NCBI RefSeq assembly: GCF_006345805.1
Contig: NW_021832546.1
Span: 1-60,547, forward strand
DNA from: Octopus sinensis
Taxonomy: Eukaryota
DNA: 60,547 nucleotides
Direction of reading: 5' to 3'
Shown: piece by piece, positions 39,211 to 54,043 of the stretch
How positions within the stretch are numbered: the first letter of the stretch is position 1
How the letters are laid out: each line of letters begins with the position of its first letter
Position numbers and translations under genes: made by a program
The notes under the pieces: model-generated
Seen by the model: the letters and a program-made list of their open reading frames with translations, nothing else
What the model was told of the DNA's origin: nothing
The model's database searches: none

Positions 39211-40019
39211 AGTCATAAGGTCAGTCATAATTCCATAGGCCGCAAACCATTGCAAATCGCTCTCCAAAAATCGACTGACGCAAGTAACCCGAACTAAACG
39301 CGACTAGATTCTCTTTCAATGGAAAAATGCTGTCGTAAAAAATATTGTTCAGAGCAGATGTAGAATCAACAGGTTAACTGAGAACACATTTGATGTTAGT
39401 TACTTACAACCCATTCACTCTTATTGAAACTGACTCTCGAAATATATATATTTTTTGTTTTTTGTTTTTGAAAGGCAAATAACAACATGAGGTGCCGAAT
39501 TCGTTCTCACTGTGTGGTATTTGAGCAAGTGCCTTTTATCATAGATTTGAGTTAAACCAGAGCTACTTAGTTTATTTTTGTTGATGGAAACTGTATGAAA
39601 CCCTATCGAATGGCCTGTATCTCTACTTCGAAGATTCGAAGCCATATATTGCGTCATGTCTTGCGCCACGCTCATTCTTCTTGAAGAGTATATTAAGAGT
39701 ACGCATGCCCGTAGAAAACTCGGCCACTTAAGAAAAAAATCATTAAATGTGTGGACAAACGAGAGGTTTAAACGTAAACAGCAGACACGAAGGGACGAAG
39801 GGCAAGGTGAATAATGGCGTGATTTGAACCCAGTTCGTAGAGACGTGTAACTAAATACTAAATATCATTTTGTTGGCTGCTGTTCAGGTTCTAGCAATTC
39901 CCACCACATTCTAGAATATTTAGCTTCGTGAATTCTTCAAAGCAATTGCTTTAAGTTAAAATAACTGACACATTGACTTAGATATTTAATGAGGAACACT
40001 CAAACAGACAGATAAATAC

Positions 40020-41900
<1,881 letters not shown>

Positions 41901-42224
41901 ATGCACTTTATTCTGCAGACAGAAACGTTTTAAGTAGACCTCAAAACAGCCGTCTAATTGGTGTATAAAGAGCATTGCTGCTATTAGGAGAGGAACACAG
42001 ACAAATGTGTTAGCAATTCCATCTATTGCTTGAAAGCAGTTCCTCCGGATATGTCACGCAAATAACATGGAAAAGAATAGGAGCAAGCGACGACGACCAC
42101 GACAACGACTCAATGGAGTCGCTCGTTCTGCTAGATATAATAACCAAATGTCCTCCTAAAAACTACACCTCCTTAACTTTTTGGAAAGGCAAGGACTATA
42201 TCAGATATTAACATTTCATTCACA

Positions 42225-42630
42225 AGGTGTCGGTGAACTGGCAGAATTGTTATCATGCCGGGCAAAATGCTTAGCGGCATTTCGTCCGTCTTTACGTTCT
42301 GAGTTCAAATTCCGCAGAGGTCGGCTTTTCCTGTCATCCCTTTCAAGATCGTTAAATTAAGTACCAGTCTGGCACAGGAATCGATGTAATCGACTTAACC
42401 CCTTTGCTTGAACAGAGAAGGTGGCGAGCTGGCAGAAACGTTAGCACGCCTGGCAAATAAATGCTTAGCGATATTTTGTCAATGTTCTGAGTTCAAATTC
42501 CGCCGAGGTCGACTTTGCTTTTCATCCTTTCGAGGTCGATAAAGCAAGCGCCAGCTGAGCACTGTGGAGTCGGTGTAATCGACTTACCTCCTTCCCCGAA
42601 ATTGCTGGCCTTGTGCCAAAATTTGAAACG
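42225..42630 (+). mobile_element. Two adjacent diverged family-B SINEs
   Basis: Heads at ~42225 and ~42418. Confidence 0.8.
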
Positions 42631-42987
42631 AATATTTTAGTCACGGATACTAAAGAGAAATGCTTTCAGCATTTTGGCGTTTAAACTGACCATAAATGGC
42701 TCAAATATCCTCCCTGTTTTATGTTCCAACAGACATCTGGCCACTCACACCTATCCTACCATGTCATTCTAACGAATAAACAAGCACGGTGCCGGAATTT
42801 CGAGGCTTCAAAGTAACACATTATTAATTCAAAGCAATTTGAATAAATATTTGACAGAGTAATTTGGATGTTACGGCCCTGCTTAAGCGGGTAACATCGG
42901 TAGACCTTTCAATACTTGGTTAAGGACTGTGGAGGGGAACCTAAAGTATATGAGAGTTACTTGAGAGCAGATTTGTAGTTATTCCCA

Positions 42988-43168
42988 GACAGACGAATAG
43001 GCAGACAGACAGGCAGACAGACAAGCAGACAGTCAGACAAACAGATAGATAGATAGATAGGGGCAGATAGACAGGCAAATAGACAAACAGGCAGACTGAC
43101 TGACAGACAGACTGACAGATAGACAGACAGACAGACTGACAGATAGACAGACAGACAGACAGACCGAC

Positions 43169-43251
<83 letters not shown>

Positions 43252-43623
43252 CAGATTAGATAGATGAATGGACGGACGGACGGACGGACGGACGGACGGA
43301 TGGATGGATGGATGGATGGATGGATGGATGGATGGACGGACGGATGAATGGATGGATGGATGGATGGATGGATGGATGGATGGATGGATGGATGGACGGA
43401 AGGACGGACGGATGAATGGATGGATGGATGGATGGATGGATGGATGGATGGATGGATGGACGGAAGGGACGGATGATATGGATGGATGGATGGATGGATG
43501 GATGGATGGATGATGGATGGACGGAAGGACGGACGATGAATGGATGGATGGATGGATGGATGGATGGATGGACGGAAGGACGGACGGATGGATGGATGGA
43601 TGGATGGATGGATGGATGGATGG
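42988..43623. repeat. Compound (AGAC)/(AGAT)/(GGAC)/(GGAT)n tract
   Basis: Direct inspection; source of the HPSI-repeat ORFs. Confidence 0.93.
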
Positions 43624-43891
43624 AGAGCCTGGGTAGACTTGAAAGATGAAAACAACACAACTTTCACAAGCGAACCGTTATGTAATTCCGGGCAAGCGTT
43701 GAATGGCATACAGAAATCGTTTGCTGTCCATTACGAGTAACACATTAAACTTTGCGTTGAAGGCCAAAGCCCCACCACTCGGTGGTGGTACCCAAACTAT
43801 AATTTATGCTTTCACCTTTTCACATGAGTCTAGCAGTAATTTGTGCAGGGCGTTCTATATTAAATTGGTAATGCTGACATTTCCACGCCAC

Positions 43892-44228
43892 TGCGGCGGC
43901 GGCGGCGGCGGTGGTGGTGGTGGTCGCGGCGGCGGCAGTTGTGGGGTGGGGGTGTGCTAATGGTGGATTGACAATGGTAGTAGTGATGGAGGTATTTATG
44001 ATGGTGGTGGTGGTGGTGGCGGTGTTTCTTTGAAGTGATTGTGTCAGTCATACTGGTAATTGTGATGGCGATGTTAATAATGGTAATGGTAGCATAGCTT
44101 GCAGAGTTCCGAGGTGGCGGTGGCGGCGGTGGCGGCGGTGGCGGTGGCGGTGGTGGCCACGAGGTGGTGGGGGAGGTCGTCATCGTAGTGTTGGTGATGG
44201 AATGGAATGGGGTGGGTGGGGTGGGGGA
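43892..44228. repeat. G-rich (GGC)/(GGT)n degenerate tract
   Basis: Direct inspection. Confidence 0.85.
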
Positions 44229-44630
44229 ACAGTGATAATAGCAGTTGCGAGGATGGCATTTTGATGGTGAAAGTAGAAATTGTTGAAGATGCTGTTTAGC
44301 CCTAGGTCGGCCCTGATTGTATAGACCTATGATCAAACGACATTCCAGTTGCTTTAGAGAGGGGGGGTCCGAAATATTATTCAATGTAAACTTTCCGGTT
44401 TGTTTTTTGTTTTTTTTTAAGGAGATAGAGTGTGTTGTGACGAAATTGGACTCCTATTTCTAGCAACTTGAGCGACTGCGTAGAGGTTCCATCCTATAGT
44501 GCTGAGTTGAAATCTGCTAATTGAGGAGATAGTTTGGTTAATTAAGATATAGAGTTATGTACTGAATGCCTTATGCAGAAAATTTCTTAATTGAAATCTC
44601 TTAGCTGGAGAAAGAAAAAGAAAGTGCTTA

Positions 44631-45025
44631 TCTCTCTCTATATAAAGCTGAAGTTGTCTGTGTGTGTGTGGCAGGTTTGGTAGCCTTCAACTAACACTAT
44701 CTCCTCCGAGACCCGGTGGCGCAAGTTGACCAAAATTGAGAGTATGATAGAAGAAGGCTTGCTCTTCCTTTCGTAGAAGAAAATATTCAAATCGGACCAT
44801 GTTAACACCAAAAATTATTTACATCAAAAAGATGCTTTTTTCTATGAAAATCCCTATTTTTTACGATTTTTTTACTGCTGTGTCGCCATTTTTCGGTGTA
44901 TTTCAACCAGAAAAACGTTCACTTAAAGAGAATAACAAGATACATAATGCAAAATTTTTACTTTTCAAAAATTCCAATTCTAAAGGGTCGAAACAAACCC
45001 GAGCAACGCCGGGCGATACTGCTAG
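44631..45025 (+). mobile_element. Non-autonomous Helitron
   Basis: 5' TC start (tctctctctatataaagc), subterminal hairpin cccg-agcaacgc-cggg, 3' CTAG, inserted between A and T with no TSD. Confidence 0.82.
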
Positions 45026-45039
45026 TATTATGATGAAGT

Positions 45040-45370
45040 TAGTTACTTCCGTCATTCCATCTCCTTCGGGACGTGGACTGAGACGATACAACTGTTTGGG
45101 CGCTGACGATTCTGTACATCCAGCCTGTGTGGCAAGAGTATGTTTTGGCACTGGAGGCATACACATGCGCACTCAGACGCGGAAGCAGATATAAAGACAA
45201 ATAGATAAAGTGAAGGGGAGAGAGAGACATTAGACATACGTACATACAAACGTAACTAGACCCTCTGACATAAACAGAGAAGGGAAGAGCGAGGAAAACA
45301 TTAAAGCGAGGTAAATATCAAGATGGCTGACGTCAAATAAATTGACGTCGAATCAGTGACGTCATACGGC
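45040..45370. promoter_or_regulatory. Candidate promoter/enhancer with CRE triplet and YY1-, ETS- and NRF1-like motifs
   Basis: TGACGTCA 45328-45335, TGACGTCG 45343-45350, TGACGTCA 45357-45364; caagatggct; acttccg and cggaag; catgcgca. Confidence 0.45.
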
Positions 45371-45479
45371 TGTGCCAGATATCTCGTTCCCTTCGAGACA
45401 ATATCATAGTGAAGAAGAGAAGCGTTGGTTATGTGTTAAGCGCCGAAGTTTAAATGAAAGGGGGCGTGATTTCAGACAC

Positions 45480-45678
<199 letters not shown>

Positions 45679-45679
45679 A

Positions 45680-45870
45680 AGACGTGTGACCTAGTGGTTA
45701 GGCGTACTGCATTCACGATCGTGACGTCGTGGTTTCGATTCCGAGACCGACTGCACATTGTCTTCTCAAGCAAAACGTTTCATTGCAATTGTAAACGGGT
45801 AACCCAGCGATGGACTAGCCTACCGATCAGGGAGGAAAACTAGCCTGCTTGCCTAGCAAAAGCGCATTGA
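45680..45870 (+). mobile_element. Diverged tRNA-derived SINE
   Basis: tgacctagtggttaggcg...ggtttcgattcc A/B boxes. Confidence 0.65.
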
Positions 45871-45879
45871 GACCATGTT

Positions 45880-46450
45880 GGTACTATGCCCAGGGTGCCA
45901 TATATTTGGTTTAGTACTTAGTGTTGTACTAGTGAACGTTTAAGTAACCATAAGAAAATTATGTTTATTTTAAAACTTGAGATTACATAGAAAGTATTTT
46001 GCGTAGGATATGAGCAGTTCCCATGAGCACTATCTTTTGAATTTCTGCCATTATGGGGATTTCCTGGTATCTGAGTTAGGTAGCAATCAGCCCCTTTTGC
46101 TATCATTCCCAGGGCACCTATGACAACAGGTATTGTTTTAGTCTTCAGGTTCCACATTTTGCTAATTTCTATTTCAAGATTTTTATATTAACTCAGTTTT
46201 TGGTAGATCTTGACAGATACGTTTATATCGATTGGGACAGTCATATCAATGAGGAGGCATGATTTTTGTGTGAAGTCTTTCAATATGATGTCTGGCCTAT
46301 TCGCATCTATGTTTCTTTCAGTTTGAGTGGTGAAGTTCCAGAGGAGTGAGATGTGGTCATTTTCAAGCACTGGAGGTGCTTTGTGTCCCCACCAGTTTTT
46401 ATCATGGGGCAAGTCCAGGCTTTTGCAAATTACCCAGTTAATATATTGTG
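45880..46450 (-). mobile_element. R4/Dong-like non-LTR retrotransposon 3' fragment (restriction-like endonuclease domain)
   Basis: VLENDHISLLWNF.TQTERNIDANRPDIILKD...CLLIDMTVP...KMWNLKTKTIPVVIGALG. Confidence 0.85.
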
Positions 46451-46451
46451 C

Positions 46452-46690
46452 GGCTGCGGTGGTGGTGGTGGTGGTGGTGGTGGTAGAAGCAGTGATTCCA
46501 ACAGTGGCAGCGGTAGCCAGGACGACGGGGATGGTATTTCTGCTGATGACGCTAAAGAGAAAGCGACGACGATGACCACAACCACGACGACGACGACGGC
46601 GACGATGATGATTGTGATAATGATGATGAGGATGACGATGGTGGTGTTGGTGACAGCGGCAGTGGTAGTGGTGGTGGTGGTGGTGGTGGC
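46452..46690. repeat. (GGT)/(GAC)/(GAT)n trinucleotide tract
   Basis: Direct inspection. Confidence 0.88.
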
Positions 46691-46979
46691 TATAAAGACT
46701 GTCCCACGTTCCATTTCTATGTTTATACTTGGTGAAGTGGGGGACAGGGTGTGCGTAAAGTGCGAAAATATTAAATCTTTAAATCGGAGACACAGTCAGA
46801 TGAGGTGGACAACTTAAATATGATATAATTGATTAAAAACTTACAATACTTTTCATCATATTTCAATTTCTAAACAAAGTGTTTTAGTACCACAATATAT
46901 GTGTGTGTGTGTATGAGAGTGTATGTGTGTTTGTATGTGTTTTCATATCTATATCTATATATATATATATATCTATATC

Positions 46980-47044
<65 letters not shown>

Positions 47045-47295
47045 AAGGTATGTATGAATATATGTATAAGGCAGAAATGTCAAAATAGCTTATTATAAGA
47101 ATTAAGTTGTGAAGCATCAGTTAGATACTATATACACATATACATACATATTTTAGCATAAAAATATGGAAATGATTATATAAATGCATACGTCACATTC
47201 CCCCTCTCTCTCTCTCTCTCTCTCTCACTCACTTTCTCTCACGCTTTCTCTTTCTTTCCTCTCTCGTCTCTAAATAGACAGACAGACAGACAGAC

Positions 47296-47326
<31 letters not shown>

Positions 47327-47337
47327 TAGATAGATAA

Positions 47338-47393
<56 letters not shown>

Positions 47394-47399
47394 GCAGAC

Positions 47400-47483
<84 letters not shown>

Positions 47484-47879
47484 GATAGATAGATAGATCT
47501 GTTAATATCTATACAGATAGCCCACGATAACTGGAACGCATAAAGGAATGTGTGGGGGGCATGATATCACAAAACCTGACTTAAAAAGGATTTAGCAAAT
47601 CCTATCAGGTGGTCTATTATGTTAGAGATGGCCTGGATCAATCTTTGGTCGAAACAAATCTAAATTATCAAAGTTAGATATAAAGAAAGAACGTGACGAC
47701 TTGATGAAATTACAGCGACTAGGATGCATAATTGCATACGGAGCAATGTGTACGCTGCTGCAATTGGTTATTGTTATATGTGCTGTAGAAACCTTTTTTT
47801 ATGTAAGAGGTTTAGGATGTGAATAAATCTCCATTCTCCGTTTTCAAATATATATATATATATATATAAATATATATAT

Positions 47880-48060
47880 GTCCTTACCTTCGAAACACAC
47901 TTTGAGTCGAACCAGGGACAGCTGATGAAGGGGAATTTTCCTTGTATTGTTTGTCCTGTACTCTGTTTTTTCGTTGTTTAAAAAAAGTTCGTTTCCTTGT
48001 TTGATTCTATGTTCTCGTCTCTCGTTGTGTTCTACGTTTATTTGTGGTGTCCTGTACTCG
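47880..48060 (+). mobile_element. Short (TA)n-embedded repeat (same family as 9515-9692)
   Basis: High similarity to the reverse complement of 9515-9692. Confidence 0.7.
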
Positions 48061-48217
48061 TATATATATATGTATGCATGTATATATACATGTAGATGTA
48101 AGCATGTACATATATGTATGTATATATGCATATATTTTATTTATTTATTATATTACTATATGAACCGAACGCACGCGTTATTTCTCTATTTCTCTTCTCC
48201 AAGTTTTATTTATATAT

Positions 48218-48281
<64 letters not shown>

Positions 48282-48454
48282 TATATATCTATATATATAT
48301 CTATATATATATAATAATATATATATATATAATATATATATAATATATAATATATATTATATGGGACTGTCACATTAAGTTGATAGTATACAACTACTCT
48401 ATCGTACCAGACTTCATATATCTCTCTGAGATATTTAGAAATGTAATATTTCTA

Positions 48455-48559
<105 letters not shown>

Positions 48560-48852
48560 TACAGAGATGTACTTGCATAGCAAGTGACCTGATCTGAGAT
48601 CGTGTTACTGGAACTAGAACAATTGCAGCATGAAGGTGTTTATAAGTCATTTAAAAAACACAAAAACCATTAGATTCACTTCAACATTTAAAGTTAATTT
48701 GACAAAATATTTTCGTTGCTTTGAGACAGCGACCTGATCACTGACGAAAATATTTTAGCAAATTAAATTTAAATGTTGAAGTGAATCTTGCGGTTTTTGT
48801 CTGTTTCTTAAATGGCTTATAAACACCTTACACCTTCCACGCTGCAATTGTT
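48560..48852. mobile_element. Fold-back element, G3-C8 hammerhead family
   Basis: Same sequence family as 2620-2951; minus strand GTGATCA g gtcgc..gcaac GAAA atat TT. Confidence 0.75.
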
Positions 48853-48862
48853 ATATATATAT

Positions 48863-49172
48863 TAGAAAAAAAACACCGTTATTAATTCAAACTGAAAAAT
48901 TAAATCACACTATCTGGAAAATTACATACAATAGAAATATTAAATATAAGATAAAAAAATATACCGATGGTTAGGTAATGTGCAAAATAATAAATAGAAC
49001 CAAATAAATATACCAAATATATACGTTTTATTTATTATTTTATTTATTATTTTGCACATTACTTAATCATCAGTATATTTTTATCTTATTTTTAATATTT
49101 CTATTATATGTAATTTTCTAGATGGTGTAATCTAATTTTTCATTTTGAATTGATAAAAGGTGGGGTTTTTTC
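48863..49172. repeat. AT-rich fold-back inverted repeat (~130-bp arms)
   Basis: 48863-48995 is approximately the reverse complement of 49042-49172. Confidence 0.75.
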
Positions 49173-49267
49173 AAATTTATATATATATTATATGTTGTGA
49201 AATTTGATTTAGTATTTCTAAATTGAATTTTTCCCTGTAAGTTTGGAATAATATTCCCTCAAATTAT

Positions 49268-49300
<33 letters not shown>

Positions 49301-49608
49301 TATATTATATACATGCACGTATACAATGTCTCTTAAGATCACAGTCCGTATTCCTTGGATGATTACAGTATAGTCGCCGTGGGCATCGGATTGCTCTTCA
49401 TGGATTCATTTCTTCAGGCGATATAAGATTATTGAATGTATAACAGAGAGATGTTTTTTTTAACAGTATGAAGATTAAGCAAGGATTATTGTTATTATTG
49501 TTATATTTATCCTACATTATATCGATACGGCTCGATGCAACTCCGAAAAACTAATTCACCAGCCAGCATCATTAGACTGTGGCCGGCATAATAGAATGGG
49601 ACCTTTAT

Positions 49609-49687
<79 letters not shown>

Positions 49688-49718
49688 TAGATATATAGAT
49701 ATATAGATAGATAGATAG

Positions 49719-49785
<67 letters not shown>

Positions 49786-50509
49786 CGCTCACACATACAT
49801 GCGTAGAGCGAGTATGTGTGGATGCATGCTTGTGTGTAAGTGTGCGCACGCATGAGTGTGGGTGGGGTGTATTTAGTGCAGACAAGTATATATTACGTAC
49901 TGAAATCTTAAAGGTCATTTAATGAGCAAAATTAGGGCTTCTCTCTATATAACTACTCATTAGTTTTATCATTATCATATTTTCTCTCTCGTCCTCCTTT
50001 TCCATTTTCTTTGTTGTCTTCCTGTCTATCTCTGAAAATCTCAGACACATGCAAACCCTCCTCTCTTTCTCCCTCTCACTAACTCCTTCTCTATCTCCTT
50101 CTCGCTCTCGCTCTCTCCTCCTTTCTCTCCTCCTCTCTTTCTCCCTCTCACTAACTCCTTCTCTATCTCCTCCTTTCTCTCCTCCTCTCTTTCTCTCTCC
50201 CCGTCTGTCATTTTATGCGATGATTTTATTTGCTACAACTGTAATAATAGTCCATCCTGTATGCTAATATTGCATAAGTGTCGTTAGTCATATTGCCGTT
50301 TAGTACCACCTCCCTTGATCAAAGACATTTCGACCGTAATCATGCAGTTATATTTTGCGCCGCAATGGCTATGCTTCACAAGGCATCCCGTACACAGAGA
50401 GCAAGACACGTCAGGAACAACTCTGCTATGAAACATTGAAACGTGTTTCACTGTAGCTAAAATAATTCCTCGTTAGCTTGGCTCGCTTAACAGAAGCAGT
50501 TCCTAAGTG

Positions 50510-50815
50510 AAGGCGGCGAGCTGGCAGAAACGTTAGCACGCCGGACGAAATGCTTAGCGGTATTTCATCTGTTGTTACGTTCTGAGTTCAAATTCCGCCG
50601 AGGTCGACTTTGCCTTTCATCCTTTCGGGGTCGTTAAATTAAGTACCAGTTACGCACTGGGGTCGATATAATCGTCTTAATCCGTTTGTCTGCCCTTGTT
50701 TGTCCTCTCTGTGTTTAGCCCCTTGTGGGTAGTAAAGAAATAGGTATTTCGTCTGTCGTTACGTTCTGAGTTCAAATTCCGCCGAGGACGACTTTGCCTT
50801 TCATCCTTTCGGAGT
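50510..50815 (+). mobile_element. Family-B SINE plus partial second unit
   Basis: Same aaagaaata|ggtatttcgtctg junction as the 35.6-kb array. Confidence 0.9.
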
Positions 50816-50816
50816 T

Positions 50817-50905
<89 letters not shown>

Positions 50906-51677
50906 GTACGTAGGTAGGTAGATTGATTGATTGACTGACTGAATAGTTGATTGGTTGGTTGACAACCCCTCAGATAGCACCCCCATCGTCTTAAAATGGA
51001 AGGACTCACCAGATCACCCATAAGCAAATTTTTTGGAGGGTATGTCTAACGAAAAGTAAACCTTGAATTTTTTTAGTAATGCGGTCCGCCTGGAGATGAG
51101 CCATGTCACATGTGGCTCGCGTCTCAAAAAAGGTTGCCCATGACACCACTAGATGGTGTTTGGAAAATTAAAAGCCGGATGAGTCGCTGCTGGAACGATT
51201 TGGGACAAAAGCTTGTTGGTTCAAGGCTGACCAAGTGTACCAAGCAACAACTAATTTTAAAATAGTCGACCTTGAATGACTGAATAAATTCTGGTCTCGA
51301 AATAGCATCGTTATTTTGCAGTGGAGATTATCTTTTTTATCTAAACCGGAAATTTGATATTAAAATATGAAATATTAATTATTCCGATGGTAATTGATAA
51401 TAGCTTTAATAAGATTTGATTCAGGCGGAACGGCTAGATTTGTTGCTTGTGTGACAACTTAAAATAGAGGAAGTTTCTAGAAGAATGAACGCTTCAGATA
51501 CTTGTTCTTAATAGATACCAGATACGAATATGTGCTGGGACGATTTGATTAGGCAGAAACGAAGAATAAAACTCTCAAAGTTGTGACTCCAGAATAGTAA
51601 CCATCCAACGATTGAAACCAGTAAGAGATTATAATAATGTCCTCAGCCATTTCAATAGAACAAACAAGTTGGATTGG

Positions 51678-52000
51678 AAGCACTCCGTCGGTTACGACGA
51701 TGAGGGTTCCGGTTGATCCGAATCAACGGAACAGCCTGCTCGTGAAATTAACGTGCAAGTGGCTGAGCACTCCACAGACACGTGCACCCTTAACGTAGTT
51801 CTCGGGGATATTCAGCGTGACACAGAGAGTGACAAGGCCGGCCCCTTGAAATACAGGTACAACAGAAACAGGAAGAAAGAGTGAGAGAAAGTTGTGGTGA
51901 AAGAGTACAGCAGGGATCGCCACCCCCTGCCGGAGCCTCGTGGAGCTTTTAGGTGTTTTCGCTCAATAAACACTCACAACGCCTGGTCTGGGAATCGAGA
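51678..52000 (-). mobile_element. SINE head D (5' truncated) + tail Y
   Basis: Shares body with 24200-24340 and tail with 4993-5170. Confidence 0.85.
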
Positions 52001-52293
52001 ACAAACAAGTATGTCTGTGTGGTTAAGAAACTCGCCTTGCAGCCACGTGGTTTCTGGTTCAGTTCCGCTGCGCGGCACCTTGGGCAAGTGTCTTCTGCTC
52101 TAGTCCTGGAATGACCAATAACTTGTGAGTTCCCTTGACTGAAACTGTGAGGAAGCCTCGTCGTATATATCTCTGTATGTATGTTTTTGCGTTTCTCCTC
52201 CACCATTGCTTGACAACCGGTGTTTGTTTGTTTACATCCGCGTAAGTTAGCGGTTCGGCACAAAGAACTGATAGAATAAGTACCAGATTTTAA

Positions 52294-52658
52294 CCCTTCT
52301 ATTACCATATTTCTGTTGAGATGTTCTGTATTTCTTTCAACTACTTTAGATATAACAAAGAATTTAGCAAAATGGTGTTAGGAACATAAATTGTGATCCA
52401 CCGACGTCGACTTTGCCTTTCACCCTTTCGGGGTCGATAAATTAAGTACCAGTTACGCACTGAGGTCGATATAATCGACTTAATCCATTTGTCTGTCCTT
52501 GTTTGTCCTCTCTGTGTTTAGCCCCTTGTGGGTAGTAAAGAAATAGGATCATAAATTGTGACTAAGGCTTGGTGGAAGATTTTTATTCAAAACTTATGAA
52601 AACAAGACATTTGTACTCAGAGCCAGAGCCGGTTTCAGCCGGGTCGGTAACGAAAGGG
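52294..52658. mobile_element. piggyBac-type MITE inside a family-A SINE, itself containing a truncated family-B SINE
   Basis: TTAA-cccttctattacc ... ggtaacgaaaggg-TTAA; inner TSD cataaattgtga at 52385-52396 and 52550-52561. Confidence 0.85.
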
Positions 52659-53084
52659 TTAAACATGAGTAGTGGAGTCCTTCAAGGCGGTGCTCTAGTA
52701 TGGCCGCAGTCCTATGACTGAAACAAGTAAAAGGTAAAAGGAATAATTGCTACATATTCTCTTATCAAAATTTTTTAATGTTTTTAATTATTTTAATGTT
52801 TTTAATTATTTTGTTAATCGTTTCAGTCAATGAACCGCTGATATTACCCTATTCAAGAGTTTTTACTCGATCGTATTGGCACCAGTTCTGATTTCAGACG
52901 AGTACTTATTTTATTGATTTCTATCGTTGTAAGTCGAATTATGGCTTTTGACATAACGGAACAAAACTCGACACCAATTGACTCTGATAAATATAAACAC
53001 ACACAAATACATCCATCCATTTGTGTTTATATGTATGTGTGTATGTACGTATATATGCATGTATATCAACGTACTATATATATT

Positions 53085-53540
53085 GTGACCCCCTTCGGTC
53101 ATGAAGGACCAAGGGATTGCACCTAAAAAGTTACCCTCCGACGCACAAGTTTGGGCAAGGTTGTTTATGGAAGACCAGCAATTACTCATGCATACCGGCC
53201 TCTCCGCTCCACGCCACCGATGTTATCCAAGGGAAAGGCAAAGGCCGATACAGTTTGGCACCAGTGACGTCGCAACTCATTTATTAACGTGCAAGTGGCT
53301 GAGCACTCCACAGACACGTGTACCCTTAACGTAGTTCTAGGGGAGATTCAGCGAGATACAGAGTGTGACAAGGCTGGCCCTTTGAAATACAGGTACAACA
53401 GAAACAGGAAGAAAGAGTGAGAGAAAGATGTGGTGAAAGAGTACAGCAGGGTTCACCACTACCCCCTGCCGGAGCCTCGTGGAACTTTAGATGTTTTTGC
53501 TCAATAAACACTCACAATGCCCGGTCCGCTGCCCTAACCA
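53085..53540 (-). mobile_element. Composite SINE: head D + partial tail Y joined to tail X
   Basis: 53085-53282 matches 2278-2477; 53283-53540 matches 51747-51985 plus head. Confidence 0.8.
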
Positions 53541-53737
53541 CTGGGCCATTGCGCCTCCACACTACATCTCTATATATATATATATATCACGAGATCACGA
53601 TCACGAGACCGACCAGACCATCAGATGTTGTTACACACCGCTGGTCACAATGCGTTCGCATTGTTTTAGCCTTCAAATGACTCCACCCCGCTGGCTAAGC
53701 GAGCAGGGCAATATATATATATATATATATATATATA

Positions 53738-53968
53738 ATGGTTGTATACTGTCAACTTACGTGACAGTAAGGGAATTACACCACTGCTGTTTAGCCCTAG
53801 GAAGCATCGACGCTTCCTGTCGGCTTCGACACACTTACTGCGTCGATGCTTCCTAGGGCTAAACAGCGGTGGTGTAATCCCTTACTATCATTTAAATTGA
53901 CAGTATACAACCATTCTATCGCCCCCCCGCCGTAAATATCTCTATGAGATATTTAGAAATTAAATATT

Positions 53969-53972
<4 letters not shown>
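53738..53972. mobile_element. Fold-back copy of the 23.5-kb retrozyme-like family spanning the monomer junction
   Basis: Arms 53738-53814 and 53840-53915, followed by sequence matching 23360-23396. Confidence 0.78.
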
Positions 53973-54017
<45 letters not shown>

Positions 54018-54043
54018 ATATCTATATATATATATATATATAT

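Noticed and set aside
42957-43709. 250-aa HPSI-repeat ORF
   Set aside because: (GGAT)n/(AGAT)n tetranucleotide array
43860-44384. Poly-Pro/His/Arg ORF resembling a transcription factor or formin segment
   Set aside because: Derived from (GGT/GGC)n; starts in a repeat fragment; no domain or splice support
47615-47662. gagatggcc...ggtcgaaac possible hammerhead
   Set aside because: Core CUGA is missing and stems I and III cannot be paired
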